From the NCBI RefSeq assembly GCF_963921235.1, contig NC_086108.1, positions 112,098,001 through 112,162,000 of the forward strand: a stretch of 64,000 nucleotides of DNA, read 5' to 3'. Both the position numbers and the translations under genes were made by a program. This DNA comes from Mobula hypostoma. Its lineage: Eukaryota. Of the stretch, positions 23,264 through 36,722 are shown piece after piece (within the stretch, counting starts at the first letter, position 1; each line of letters begins with the position of its first letter). Below the pieces are notes generated by a model. The model was given only the letters and a program-made list of their open reading frames with translations, did no database searches and was not told the origin of the DNA.

Positions 23264-24498
23264 CTGATAAGCGGTGAAACAAAGCACAGTTTAGACAACA
23301 GGATGTACAGAATGTTACAAGACACGTTATACAGAAGACCATAAGACATTGGAGCAGAATTAGGCTATTTGGCCCATCAAGTCTGCTCTACCATTCCAGT
23401 ATGGACGATTTATTGTCCCTCTCAACCCATTCCACTGCCATCTCCCAGTAACCTTTGAAGCCCTTACTAGTCAGGAATCTACAATCCTCTGCTTTCAATA
23501 CACCAATGGCCTTGCCTCCACATCCATCCGTGGCAATGAATTGCAGAAAATATAGAACCTTAGAGCACAGTTCAGGCCCTTTCACCCACGATGTTATGCC
23601 AATCTATGTTGTACCAACCAATCTAACCTTTTCCTTCCAACAGCCCTCCATTTTTCTATCATCTATGTACCTATCCCAGAGTCTCCTAAAATGTCCCTAG
23701 TGTGTTTGTTTCTGCCAAAGCACTCCAAGGAAGATCAGGATTGGATAACAGCCAAGGAAAGGGCATATAAGGTAGCAAAAGTGAGTGGGAAGTTGGATAA
23801 TTGGAAAGCTTTTAAAATCCAACAAAAGACAACTGAAAAAACTATAAGAAGGGAAAAGATGAAATATGAGGGCAGGCTAGCCAATAATATAAAGCAGGAG
23901 ACCAAAAGTTTTTTTCAGTTACATAAAGAGTAAAAGGGAGGTGAGAGTTGATATTGGACCAGAGGAAAATTATACTGGTGAGGTAGAAATGGGGGACAAA
24001 GAAATGGCAGATGAACTTAATGGGTAATTTATATCTGCCTTCACTGTGGAAGACACTAGCAGTGTGCCAGAAGTCCGTAAATGTCAGGGAGCAGGAGCGA
24101 TTGCCATTGCTGTTACAAAGGAAAAAGTGCGAGGCAAACTCAAAGGTCTTAAGGTGGATAAGTCACCTGGACCAGATGGACTACATCCCGGAGTCCTGAG
24201 AGAGGTTGCTGAAGAGATAACTGATGCATTGGTCATGATCTTTCAAGAATCACTTGATTCTGGCATGGTCCTGGAGGACTGGAAGATTGCAAATGTCACT
24301 CCTTTCTTAGAGTGGAAGAAGGCAAAAGAAAGGAAATTATAGGCCAGTTATCCTAACCTCAATGGTTGGGAAACTGTTGGATACTATTATTAAAGATGAG
24401 GTTTCGAGGCATTTGGAGACTAATGATAAAATAAGTCAAAGTCAGCATGGTTTATGTGAAGGGAAATCTTGCCTGACAAATCTGCTAGAGTTCTTCGA

Positions 24499-27400
24499 GG
24501 CACGACTGCAAAGGCGCATGGACGTCAGTGAGTTAGACCGCCGGGAAGAGTTTAAAAAGAAGACAACTTTATAGAGCAGGCAACAGAGTGGGAGGGCTTT
24601 GGCTCAATCGGGACTTCAGTGATAAAAGGTAAGTTACTTGTGAAGAATAGGAATAGGAAGTATGTCTGTGAGGTCGGTGTTCTGTACTGGGTGTCAGATC
24701 TGGGATGTCCGGGAGACTCCCAGCCTCCCAGAGAGCCACATGTGCGCCAAGTACATCGAGCTGAAGCTCCTTAGGGACCCGGTTAGGGAACTAGAGATGG
24801 AGCTCGATGACCTTCGTCTGGTCAGGGAAAGTGAAGTGGTGACAGAGAGGAGATATAGGCAGGAAGTCACATCAGGGCCTTGTGAGACAGATAAGTGGGT
24901 AACAGTCAGGAGAGGGAAGGGCAGGAATCAGAGGCTAGAGAGTACCCCAGTGGCTGTCCCACTTAACAATAAGTTCTCCTGTTTGAGTACTGTTGGGGGA
25001 GACGGCCTACCTGGGGGAAGCAACAGTGGCCGTGTCTCTGGCCCTGTGGCTCAGGAGAGTAGGGCAAGGAAGAGGATGGCAGCAGTGATGAGGGACTCTA
25101 TAGTTAGGAGGTCAGACAGGCCATTCTGTGGATGCAGGAAAGAAACATGGATGGTAGTTTGCCTCCCAGGTGCCAGGGTTCGGGATGTTTCTGATCGCGT
25201 CCACAATATCCTGAAGTGGGAAGGTGAACAGCCAGAGGTCTTGATAGGTAGGAAAAGGGAGGTGGTCCTGAAAACAGACTACAGGGAGTTAGGAAGGAAG
25301 TTGAGAATCAGGACCACAAAGGTAGTAATCTCGGGATTACTGCCTGTGCCATGCGACAGTGAGTATAGGAATAGAGTGAGGTGGAGGATAAATGTGTGGA
25401 TAAGGGATTGGAGCAGGGGGCAGGGGTTCAGATTGGAACCTCTTTTGGGGCAGGCGTAACCTGTACAATAAGGATGGGTTGCACTTGGATCTGAGGGGGA
25501 CCAATATCCTGGGGGGAAGGTTTGCTAAGGCTGCTGGGGAGAGTTTAAATTAGAATTGCTGGGGAGTGGGAACTGAACTGAAGAGACGGAGGAAGTGGTG
25601 GAAAACTTGTAGACAGTGTGAGAGGGAGGATAGGCAGGTGATAGAGAAGGGATACGCTCAGACTGATGGTTTGAGGTGTGTCAATTTTAATGGAAGGAGT
25701 ATCATGAACAAAGTGGATGAGCTTAAAGCGTGGATCAGTACTTGGAACTTTGATGTTGTGGCCATTACAGAGACTTGGATAGTGCAGGGGCAGGAATGGC
25801 TACTTCAAGTGCCAGGCTTTAGATGTTTCAGAAAGGACAGGGAGGGAGGCAAAAGAGGTGGGGGCGTGGCCCTGTTGGTCAGAGATAGTGTCACGGCTAC
25901 AGAAAAGGAGGAAGTCATGGAGAGATTGTCTACTGAATTTCTGTGGGTGGAAGTTAGGAACAGGAAGGGGCCAATAACTCTACTGGATGTTTTTTATAGA
26001 CCACCCAATAGTAACAGGGAGATCAAGGAGCAGATAGGGAGACAGATTCTGGCAAGATGCAATAATAATGGGGCTGTTGTGGTGGGAGATTTTAATTTCC
26101 CCAATATTGATTGGCATTTCCCTAGAGTGAGGGGTTTAGATGGGGTGTAGGTGTGTTCAGGAAGGTTTCTTGACACAATGTAAATAAGCCTACAAGAGGA
26201 GAGGCTGTACTTGATCTGGTATTGGGAAATGAACCTGGTCAGGAGTCAGGTCTCGCAGTGAGAGAGCTTTTTCGAGATAGTGATCACAATTCTATCTCCT
26301 TTACCATAGCATTGGAGAGGGATAGCAACAGACAAGTTAGGAAAGTGTTTAACTGGAGAAGGGAGAAAATGAAGGTATCAGGCAGGAACTTGGAAGCATA
26401 AATTGGGAACAGATGTTCTCAGGGAAATGTACAACAGAAATGTGGCAAATGTTCAGGTGATATTTGCATGGTGTTCTGCATAGGTACGCTCCAATGAGAT
26501 AGAAAGGATGGTAGGGTCCAAGAACCATGGTGTACAAAGGTTGTTGAAAATCTCATCAAGAAGAAAAGAAAAGCTTATGAAAGGTTCAAAGAACTAGGTA
26601 CTGATAGACATCTAGAAAATTATATGGTTAGCAGGAAGGAGCTTAAGAATAAAATTAGGAAAGCCAGAAGAGGCCATGAGAAGGCCTCGGTGAGCAGGAT
26701 TAAGGAAAACCCCAAGGCATTCTACAAGTATCTGAAGAGCAAGAGGATAAGATGTGAGCGAATAGGACCAATCAAGTGTGACAGTGGAAAAGTGTGTATG
26801 GAACCAGAGGAGATAGCAGAGGTACTTAATGAATACTTTGCTTCAGTATTCACTACGGAAAAGGACCTTGGCGATGGTCAGGATGACTTACAGCAGACTA
26901 AAAAGCTTGAGCATATAGACATTAAGAAAGAGGATGTGCTGGAGCTTTTGGAAAGCATCAAGTTGGATGAGTCACGAGGACTTGATGAGATGTACCCCAG
27001 GCTACTGTGGGAGGCAAGGGAGGAGATTGCTGAGCCTCTGGCAATGATCTTTGCATCATCAATGAGGATGGGAGAGGTTCCGGAGGATTGGAGGGTTGCA
27101 GATATTGTTCCCTTATTCAAGAAAGGGCTTAGAGATAGTCAAGGAAATTATAGACCAGTGAGTCTTACTTCAGTGATTGGTAAGTTGATGGAGAAGATCC
27201 TGAGAGGCAGGATTTATGAACATTTGGAGAGGTATAATATGATTAGGAATAGTCAGCATGGCTTTGTCAAAGGCAGGTCGTGCCTTACAAGCCTGATTGA
27301 ATTTTTTGAGGACATGACCTAACACATTGATGAAGGTAAAGCAGTAGATGTAGTGTAAATGGATTTCATCACGGCATTTGATAAGCAGGACATCAATAGG

Positions 27401-28195
27401 ATGCAAAACTGGGCTGAGAAGTGGCAGATGGAGTTCAGCTCAGATAAGTGTGAGGTGGTTCATTTTTGTAGGTCAAATATGATGGCAGAATAAAGTATTA
27501 ATAGTAAGACTCTTGGCAGTGTGGAGGATCAGAGGGATCTTGGGGGCCGAGTCCATAGGACACTCAAAGCTGCTATGCAGGTTGACTCTGTGGTTAAGAA
27601 GGCATACGGTGTATTGGCCTCCATCAATCATGGGACTGAGTTCAAGAGCTGAGAGGTAATGTTACAACTATATAGAACTCTGGTCAGACCCCACTTGGAG
27701 TACTGTGCTTGGTTCTGGTCACCTCATTACAGGAGGATGTGGAAACTATAGAAAGGGTGCAGAGGAGAATAGGTTAAGTGATCTTGGCCTTTTTTCCTTG
27801 GAGCGGCGGAGGATGCGAGGTGACCTGATAGAGGTGTATAAGATGATGAGAGGCATTGATCATTTGGATAGTCAGAGGCTTTTACCCAGGGCTGAAATGG
27901 CTAACACGAGAGGGCACGGTTTTAAGGTGCTTGGAAATAGGTACAGGGGGGATGTCAGGGGCAAGTTTTTTTTTATGCAGAGTGGTGAGTGCATGGAATG
28001 GGCTGCCGGCTGAGGTGGTGGGGGCGGGTATGATAGGGTCTTTTACGAGACTCCTGGATAGATACATGGAGTTTAGAGAAATAGAGGGCTATGGGTAACC
28101 CTAGGTAATTTCTAAAGTAAGTACATGTTTGGCACAGCATTGTGGGCTGAAGGGCCTGTATTGCGCTGCAGGTTTTCTATGTTTCTATGTTTCTA
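24499..28195 (+). mobile_element. Near full-length CR1 LINE (5' UTR, ORF1 zinc finger plus SGNH esterase, ORF2 APE-RT), decayed and internally deleted
   Basis: ORF1 24662-25459 has CTGC..., DSIVR, CLPGARV and VVISGLLP. APE motifs ITETW, YRPPNS, VGDFN. RT motifs NYRPVSLTS and QHGF. Ends in a (TTTCTATG)n tail. Confidence 0.92.
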
Positions 28196-28488
28196 AGTAA
28201 CAAGCAGGGTAGACAAAGGAGAAGCAGTGGATGTCATTTACTTGGATTTTCTGAAGGTGTTTGATAAGGTGCCACACATGAGGCCGCTCAACAAGATAAA
28301 ACCCTATGGCGTTAAAGGCAAGATACTGGCATGGATAGCGGGACGGTTGACAGGCAGGAGGCAGTGAGTGGGAATAAAAGGGGCCTTTTCTAGTTGGCTG
28401 CCAGTGACTAGTGGTGTTCTTCAAGGGGTCAATATTGGGACCGCTACTTTTCACATTGTTTGTCAATGATTTGGATAATGGAATTGAT

Positions 28489-29075
28489 TGAATTGAATTG
28501 AATTGACTTTATTTCTTACACCGTTCATATACATGAGGAGTAAAAATCTTTATGTTGCATGTCCATTTGAATGTTCAATGTGCAATTTATAGGAATTAGT
28601 AATAAATAGTATGTACAACAGGACAGCAAATATAGCTTAGAAATACAATAGCATCAGTGTGAATTGATCAGTCTGATGGCCTGGTGGAAGAAGCTGTCCC
28701 GGAGCCTGTTGGTCCTGGCTTTTATGCTGCGGTACTGTTTCCCGGATGGTAGCTGCTGGAATAGATTGTGACTGGGGTGACTCAGGTCCCCAAAGATCCT
28801 CCAGGCCCTTTTTATTCTCCTGTCCTTGTAAATGTCCTGAATAGTGGGAAGTTCACAACTACAGATGCGCTGGACTGTCCGTACCACTCTCTGCAGAGTC
28901 CTGTGATTGAGGGAAGTACGGTTCCCATACCAGGCAGTGATGCAGCCAGTCAGGATGCTCTCAGTTGTGTCCCAATAGAAAGTCCTTAGGACCTGGGGAC
29001 TCATACCAAACTTCTTCAACCATCTGAGGTGAAAGAGGCGCTGTTGTGCTTTTTATCACTACACAGCTGATATGT
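28489..29075 (-). mobile_element. Rex1/Babar-type LINE 3' fragment
   Basis: Encodes ESILTGCITAWYG...RLRDSFFHQAIRL, with a (TCAAT)n tail. Confidence 0.8.
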
Positions 29076-29867
29076 ACAGATGGCTTTGATAGCTTTGTGG
29101 CAAAGTTTGTAGATGATACAAAGATAGGTGGAGGGGTAGGTAGTGCTGAGGGAGCAATGCGATTGCAGCAGGATTTGGACAAATTGGAAAAATGGGCGAA
29201 AAAGTGGCTGTTTGGAATTCAGTGCTGGGAAATGTATGATAATGCAGTTTGGTAAAAGGAACTATGGTGTGGACTATTATCTAAATGGGGAAAAGGTTTA
29301 AATGTCAGAGGTTCAGAGGGACTTAGGAGTCTTCATGCAAGACTCCAAGAAGTTTAATTTACAGGTTGCGTCTATGATAAAGAAGGTAAATTCAATGTTG
29401 GCATTTTTTTCAAGGGGAATAGAATACGAAAGTAAGGAGATAATGCTGAGGCTTTATAAAACACTAGTTAAGCCACACTTGGAGTCATGATGACAGTTTT
29501 GGGCCCCATAGCTCAGAAAAATGTGTTGTCATTGGGTAGTGTCCAGTGAAGGTCCATGATAATGATTCCGGGAATTAAGGGATTAACATATGAGGTCGCT
29601 TTGCAGCTTTGGGCCTGTACTCACTGGAATTTAGAAGAATGTGTGGGGATTTCATTGAGACCTACCGAACGTTGAAACGACTAGATAAGGTGGATGTGGA
29701 GAAGATCTTTGCTGCGGTGGGGGTATCCAGAACTAGAGAGGGCACAGCCTCAAAATTGAGCAGTGGCCTTTTAGAACTGAGGCAAAGAGCAATTTTTTTC
29801 GCCAGTGACTGTGGAATGTTCTGCCACGGACAACGGTGGAGGCCAAGTCCATGGGTATATTTATATC

Positions 29868-32800
29868 ATTCAACTATCTTCTGGAACATCGAAGCACAAC
29901 TCGAATAGCAGCAGTACTCTCAATGAATATGATTAAATATTCCCATTTCAGCCTGATACAGCTAAAAAGCACAACTGCTTCCAAGGTCAGTACAGTCAAC
30001 AAAGATGTCTTAATGCATTTAAACAAAGTATCGCTGCTTAAAACCGATTGTGGTCGGAAGTGTCCAGGTAAGAAAGCACAGAGGAAACGTGGGTGCAGAG
30101 TGGGGTTACAAGTGCGTTTAAGGAAACGGGGTTTTAAACTCCCTATACCGACTATCTTGCTGGCAAACATTCAGTCTCTGGTGAATAAAAACAATGATCT
30201 TAGAGCTGGGGTGCTGAATCAGAGGGACATTTGGACCACGTGTGTCCTTTGTTTCATGGAATGCTAGTTAACCCCTTCCACATCGTATGCAGCGATTCAG
30301 ATCACCAGGTTTACTATACACCGCCAGGATAGATCCATAGAGTCTCTCAAAAGCAAAGCTGGAGGAGTATGCCTCATGATCAACTCTTCTTGGTGCACAA
30401 ATATTGTCCCAATGCTGTCCCAATTCTGCTCACCAGACCTGGAATATCTCGCAGTTAAGTGCCGTCCTTTTACCTACCACGGGAGGTTTCCGGGGTCATT
30501 TTGGTAACAGTATACATTCCACCTCAGGCCAATGTCAAGCAGGCTTTAGGTGTTCTGAACAATGAGATCAACATGCACGAAACAGCACATCCTAAAGCCT
30601 TCACCATCGTTTTGGGAGATTTTAATCAGGCCAGTCTGGAAAAAATCACTAAGCAATTACCATCAACAGATCACTTGCAATACCAGAGGAAACAACACAC
30701 TGGACCATTGTTACACCACCATCAAGAATGCCTCCCATGCTATTCCACACCCTCACTTTGGGAAATCTGATCACCTAGCTGTACTTCTACTCCCTGAGTA
30801 TAGGCAGAGACTGAAGACTGCAGCACCAGCAGTGAGGACCGAGAAGGTGTGGACCAGGGAAGCACAGAAGCACCTACAGGACTGCTTTCAATCAGTGGAC
30901 TGGACTGTATTCAGGGATTCATCTTCAAACCTGGATGAGTATGCTGCAGCTTAATGTGAAAAAGACTAAGGAGCTGGTGGTAGACCTGAGGAGAGCTAAG
31001 GCACTGGTGACTCCTGTTTTCATCCAGGGGGTCAGTGTGGACATGGTGGAGGATTACAAATACCTGGGGGTATGAATTGACAATAAACTGGACTGGTCAA
31101 AGAACACTGAGGCTGTCTACAAGAAGGGTCAGAGCCGTCTCTATTTCCTGAGGAGACTGAGGTCCTTTAACATCTGCCGGATGATGCTGAGGATGTTCTA
31201 CGAGTCTGTGGTGGCCAGTGCTATCATGTTTGCTATTGTGTGCTGGGGCAGCAGGCTGAGGGTAGCAGACACCAACAGAATCAACAAACTCATTCGTAAG
31301 GCCAGTGATGTTGTGGGGATAGAACTGGACTCTCTCACGGTGGTGTCTGAAAAGAGGATGCTGTGTAAGTTGCATGCCATCTTGGACAATGTCTCCCATC
31401 CACTACATAATGTACTGGGTGGGCACAGGAGTACATTCAGCCAGAGACTCATTCCACCGAGATGCAGCACAGAGCGTCATAGGAAGTCATTCCTGCCTGT
31501 AGCCATCAAACTTTACAAATCCTCCCTTGGAGGGTCAGACACCCTGAGCCAATAGGCTGGTCCTGGACTTATTTCATAATTTACTGGCATAATTTACATA
31601 TTACTATTTAACTATTTATGGTTTTATTACTATTTATTATTTATGGTGCAACTGTAATGAAAACCAATTTCCCCCTGGGATCAATAAAGTATGACTATGA
31701 GTATGTTACCAACTTAATTAAAATCTGTGTGGATGAGTGTGTGCCTACAAAGACTTACTGTATGTTCCCAAACCCAAAGCTGTGGATGAACCAAGAGGTA
31801 CGTTGTCTGCTGAAGGCTAGATCTGTGGTATTCAAGTCTGGCGACCCAGGCCTGTTCCAGAAAATCAGGTATGATTTGCAGAGGGCTATTTCAAGGGCAA
31901 AGAGACAATTTCGAATGAGGTTGGAGGTGAGATCAGATGCACGACAACTCTGGCAGGGTTTACAAGAAATTACTTCCTACAAGGTGAAACCCAATAGCAT
32001 GAATGAAAGTGATGCTTCACTACCAAATGAACTCAATGCTTTCTATGCATGCTTTGAAAGGGAGAACATAACTACAGCTGTGAAGATCCCTGCTGCACCT
32101 GATGACCCTGTGATCTCTGTCTCAGATGCCGATGTTAGGCTACCTATAAAGAGAGTGAACCCTCACAAGGTGGAGGGTCCTGATGGAGTACCTGGTAAAG
32201 CTTTGAAAACCTGTGCCAACCAACTAATGGGAGTATTCAAGGACACTTTCAACCTCTCACTGCTACAGGTGGAAGTTCCCACTTACTTCAAAAAGGCAAC
32301 AATTATACCAGTGCCTAAGAAGAATAATGTGAGCTGCCTTAATGACTATTGCCTGGTAGCACTCACATCTACAGTGATGAAATGCTTTGAAAGGTTGGTC
32401 ATGACTAGACTGAACTCCTTCCTCAGCAAGGACCTGCAATTTGCCTAACACCACAATAGGCCAACAGCAGACGCAATCTCAATGGTTTTCCACACAGCTT
32501 TAGACCACCTGGAAAACGCAAACACGTACGTCAGGATGCTGTTCATCGACTATAGCTCAGCATTTAATACCATCATTCCCACAATCCTGATTGAGAAGTT
32601 GCAGAACTTGGGCCTCTGTACCTTGCTCTGCAATTGGATCCTCGATTTCCTAACTGGAAGACCACAATCTGTGTGGATTGGTGATAACACATCTTCCTCA
32701 CTGACGATCATCACTGCTCAGGGGTGTGTGCTTAGCCTACTGCTCTACTCTCTATATACCCATGACTGTGTGGCTAGGCATAGCTCAAATACCATCTATA

Positions 32801-33648
32801 AATTTGCTGATGATACAACCATTGTTGATAGAATCTCAGGTGGTGATGAGAGGGCGTACAGGAGTGAGATATGCCAACGAGTGGAGTGGTGCCGCAGTAA
32901 CAACCTGGCACTCAATGTCAGTAAGACGTAAGAGCTGATTGTGGACTTCCGGAAGGGTAAGACAAAGGAACACATACCAATCCTCATAAAGGGAACAGAA
33001 GTGGAGAGAGTGAACAGTTTCAAGTTCCTGGGTGTCAAGATCTCTGAGGATTTAACCTGGTCCCAACATATCGATGTAGTTATAAAGAAGGCAAGACAGC
33101 GGCTATACTTCAGTAGGAGTGTGAAGAGATTTGGCATGTCAACAAGTGCACTCAAAAACTTCTATAGCTGTACCGTGGAGAGCATTCTGACAAGCTGCAT
33201 CACTGTCTGGTATGGAGGGGCTACTGCACAGGACCAACAGAGGCTGCAGAGGGTTGTAAATCTAGTCAGCTCCATCTTGGGTACTAGCCTACAAAGTACC
33301 CAGGACATCTACAGAGAGTCATGTCTCAGAAAGGCAGCGTCCATTATCAAGGACCTCCAGCACCCAGGACATGCCCTTTTCTCACTGTTAACATCAGGTA
33401 GGAGGTACAGAAGCCTGAAGGCACACACTCAGCGATTCAGGAACAGCTTCTTCCCCTCTGTCATCCGATTCCTAAATGCACATTGAACCCTTGGACACTA
33501 CCTCACTTTTTTATTATACATTATTTCTGTTTTTTAATTCTACTTATTTTTTTTCTCATCTGTATTATGTATTGCATTGACCTGCTGCTGCTAAGTTAAC
33601 AAATTTCATGTCCCATGCCAGTGATGATAAATCTGATTCTGATTCTGA
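29868..33648 (+). mobile_element. Near full-length Rex1/Babar-type LINE (APE + RT), decayed
   Basis: Motifs [57 protein letters not shown], ending in a (GATTCT)n tail. Confidence 0.9.
30951..31703 (+). mobile_element. Rex1/Babar-type LINE 3' fragment (same family as 5757-6690), nested in the longer Rex element
   Basis: Ends LGGSDTLSQ*, then GGGATCAATAAAGTATGACTATGA. Confidence 0.85.
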
Positions 33649-34554
33649 TAATTAAGGCAGAAGTTGTTTGTTTCCTGATCAGTCAGGGCATCAAAGGATC
33701 TGGCGAGAAGGTAGGTGTATGGGGTTGAGTGGGATCCGGGATCAGCCATGACAGAATAGTGGAGCAAACGCAATGGGCTGAATGGCCTAATTCTACCCCT
33801 GTCTTATGGTCTTAAGCACACACCAATCTCTATGTAAAAAAACTACCTCTGACATTCTCTAATCAGCTAAAATGATGCCCCCATTTATTAACCATTTCCA
33901 CTCTGCCAAAAAGTCTCTGACTATCCGCTCGATCTATGCCTCTTATCTTCTTGTACACCTTTATCAATTCACCTCTCATCCTCCATCACCCCAAAGAGAA
34001 AAGTCCGAGCTCAGCCTATCATTCTTTTACAAAACAGCCAACAGTGCAGGCCGCATCCTGGTCAAGTTCCTTTGCACCCTCTCTAAAGCTTCCACATCCT
34101 GCCTGTAATGAGGTGACCAAAACTGAACACAGTATTCCAAATGAGGTGTAACCAGAGCCTCCCAGAGTTGCAATGTTATCGCACTGCTCTTGAACACGTG
34201 AAAACTCTGAAAGATGGACCTGGTGTTCAGACACTAGACATCGGAGGAGTCTGCTCAACCATTCCATCTTGGCTGATTTATTTTCCCTCTCAACCCCATT
34301 CTCCTGCCTTCTCCCCATAGTCTTTGATGCCCTGATTATCAAGAACCTATCAACCTTCGCTTTAGATATACACAATGACGACCTCCACAGCCATCTGAGG
34401 AAATGAATTACAAAGATTCAGCACTCTACAGCCGTATCCACTACTTTTTGTAGGCTTTTCTGTTCTTTCACATTAGTGTCTCCATAACAGGTAGAGATGC
34501 AACCAATTAGGATACTCTCCACCATGCATCTATAGAAGTTTCTTAAAGTTTTAG

Positions 34555-36722
34555 ATGATATGTCTCCAGGAGTATAAAAAGTGCAAAAAAAAATTTAAGA
34601 AAGAAATCAGGAGGGCTAAAAGAAGACATGAGATTGCTTTGGCAGTCAAGGTGAAGGATAATCCAAAGAGCTTCTACAGGTACATTAAGAGCAAAAGGAT
34701 AGTAAGGGATAAGATTGGTCCTCTTGAAGATCAGAGTGGTCAGCTATGTATGGAACCAAAAGAAATGGGGGAGATCTTAAATGGGTTTTTTGCGTCTGTA
34801 TTTACTAAGGAAACTGGCATGGATGCCACGGAAATAAGGCAAACAAGTAGTGAGGTCATGGAACCTATACAGATTGAAGAGGAGAAGGTGCTGGCTATCT
34901 TGAGGCAAATCAGAGTAGATAAATCCCCAGGACCTGACAGGGTATTCCCTCGGACCTTGAAAGAGACTAGGGTTGAAATTGCAGGGGCCCTGGCAGATAT
35001 ATTTAAAATGTCGGTATCTACGGGTGAGGTGCCAGAGGATTGGAGGATAGCTCATGTTGTTCCGTTATTTTAAAAAGGCTCTAAAAGTAATCCGGGAAAT
35101 TATAGGCCAGTAATTTTGACATCGGTATTAGGTAAATTATTGGAAGGAGTACTGAGAGATAGGATCTACAAGTATTTGGATAGACAGGGACTTATTAGGG
35201 AGAGTCGACATGGCTTTGTGCATGGTAGATCATGTTTGACCAATCTATTGGAGTTTTTCGAGGAGATTACCAGGAAAGTGGATGAAGGGAAGGCAGTGGA
35301 TGTTGTCTACATGGACTTCAGTAAGGCCTTTGACAAGGTCCCGCATGGGAGGTTAGTTAGGAAGATTCAGTCGCTAGGTATACATGGAGAGGTAGTAAAT
35401 TGGATTAGACATTGGCTCAATGGAAGAAGCCAGAGAGTGGTAGTGGAGGATTGCTTCTCTGAATGGAGGCCTGTGACTAGTGGTGTGCCACAGGGATCAG
35501 TGCTGGGTCCATTGTTATTTGTCATCTATATCAATGATCTGGATGATAATGTGGTAAATTGGATCAGCAAATTTGCTGATGATACAAAGATTGGAGGTGT
35601 AGTAGATAGTGAGGAAGGTTTTCAGAGCCTGCAGAGGGACTTGGACCAGCTGGAAAAATGGGCTGAAAAATGGCAGATGGAGTTTAATACAGACAAGTGT
35701 GAGGTATTGCATGTTGGAAGGACAAACCAAGGTAGAACATATAGGGTTAATGATAAGGCACTGAGGAGTCCAGTAGAACAGAGGGATCTGGGAATACAGA
35801 TACAAAATTCCCTAAAAGTGGCATCACAGGTAGATAGGGTTGTAAAGAGAGCTTTTGGTACATTGGCCTTTGTTAATCGAAGTATTGAGTATAAGATGCA
35901 AACAACAGGAATTCTGCAGATGCTGGAAATTCAAGCAACACACATCAAAGTTGCTGGTGAACGCAGCAGGCCAGGCAGCATCTCTAGGAAGAGGTACAGT
36001 CGACGTTTCAGGCCTGACGAAGGGTCTCGGCCTGAAACGTCGACTGTACCTCTTCCTAGAGATGTTGCCTGGCCTGCTGCATTCACCAGCAACTTTGATG
36101 TGTGTTGTTTATTGAGTATAAGAGTTGGAATGTTAGGGTGAGGTTGTATAAGGCATTGGTGAGGCCGAATTTGGAGTATTGTGTGCAGTTTTGGTCACCA
36201 AATTACAGGAAGGATATTAATAAGGTTGAAAGAGTGCAGAGAAGGTTTACAAGGACATTGCTGGGACTTGAGAAACTGAGTTACAGAGAAAGGTTGAATA
36301 GGTTAGGACTTTATTCCCTGGAGCGTAGAAGAATGAGGGGAGATTTGATAGAGGTATATAAAATTATGATGGGTATAGATAGGGTGAATGCAAGCAGGCT
36401 TTTTCCACTGAGGCTTGGGGAGGAAAAAAAAACAGAGGACGTGGGTTAAGGGTGAAGGGGGAAAAGTTCAAAGGGAACATTGGGGGGGGCTTCTTCACAC
36501 AGAGAGTGGTGGGAGTGTGGAATGAGCTGCCAGATGAAGTGGTAAATGCGGGCTCACTTTTAACATTTAAAAAAAACTTGGACAGGTACATGGATGGGAG
36601 GTGTATGGAAGGATATGGTTCAGGTGCAGGTCAGTGGGACTAGGCAGAAAAATGGTTCGGCACAGCCAAGAAGGGCCAAAAGGCCCGTTTCTGTGCTGTA
36701 ATGTTCTATGGTTTTATGTTTT
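34555..36722 (+). mobile_element. CR1 LINE ORF2, 5'-truncated, interrupted by a Penelope-derived insert
   Basis: RT ORFs at 34555-35073, 35116-35896 and 36124-36643, followed by a CR1 3' UTR. Confidence 0.95.
35897..36109. mobile_element. 213-bp Penelope-derived insert with internal inversion (hairpin) and hammerhead core
   Basis: 14-bp TSD TATTGAGTATAAGA at 35883-35896 and 36110-36123. Inverted 79-bp arms at 35936-36014 and 36029-36107. Confidence 0.9.

Larger units (their letters stand above)
23720..33812 (+). mobile_element. Old CR1 LINE split into pieces (23720-24498, 28196-28488, 29078-29865, 33650-33812) by nested insertions
   Basis: The reading continues across junctions: FFE|EVTSRVD, DNGID|..FVAKFVDD, and SMGIF|KAEV. 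Confidence 0.8.

Noticed and set aside
24662..25459. Possible host esterase gene
   Set aside because: It is CR1 ORF1 (zinc finger plus SGNH esterase), directly followed by APE-RT.
35116..36141. 341-aa RT ORF with a novel C-terminus
   Set aside because: Chance read-through from the CR1 RT into the Penelope-derived insert; not a fusion gene.
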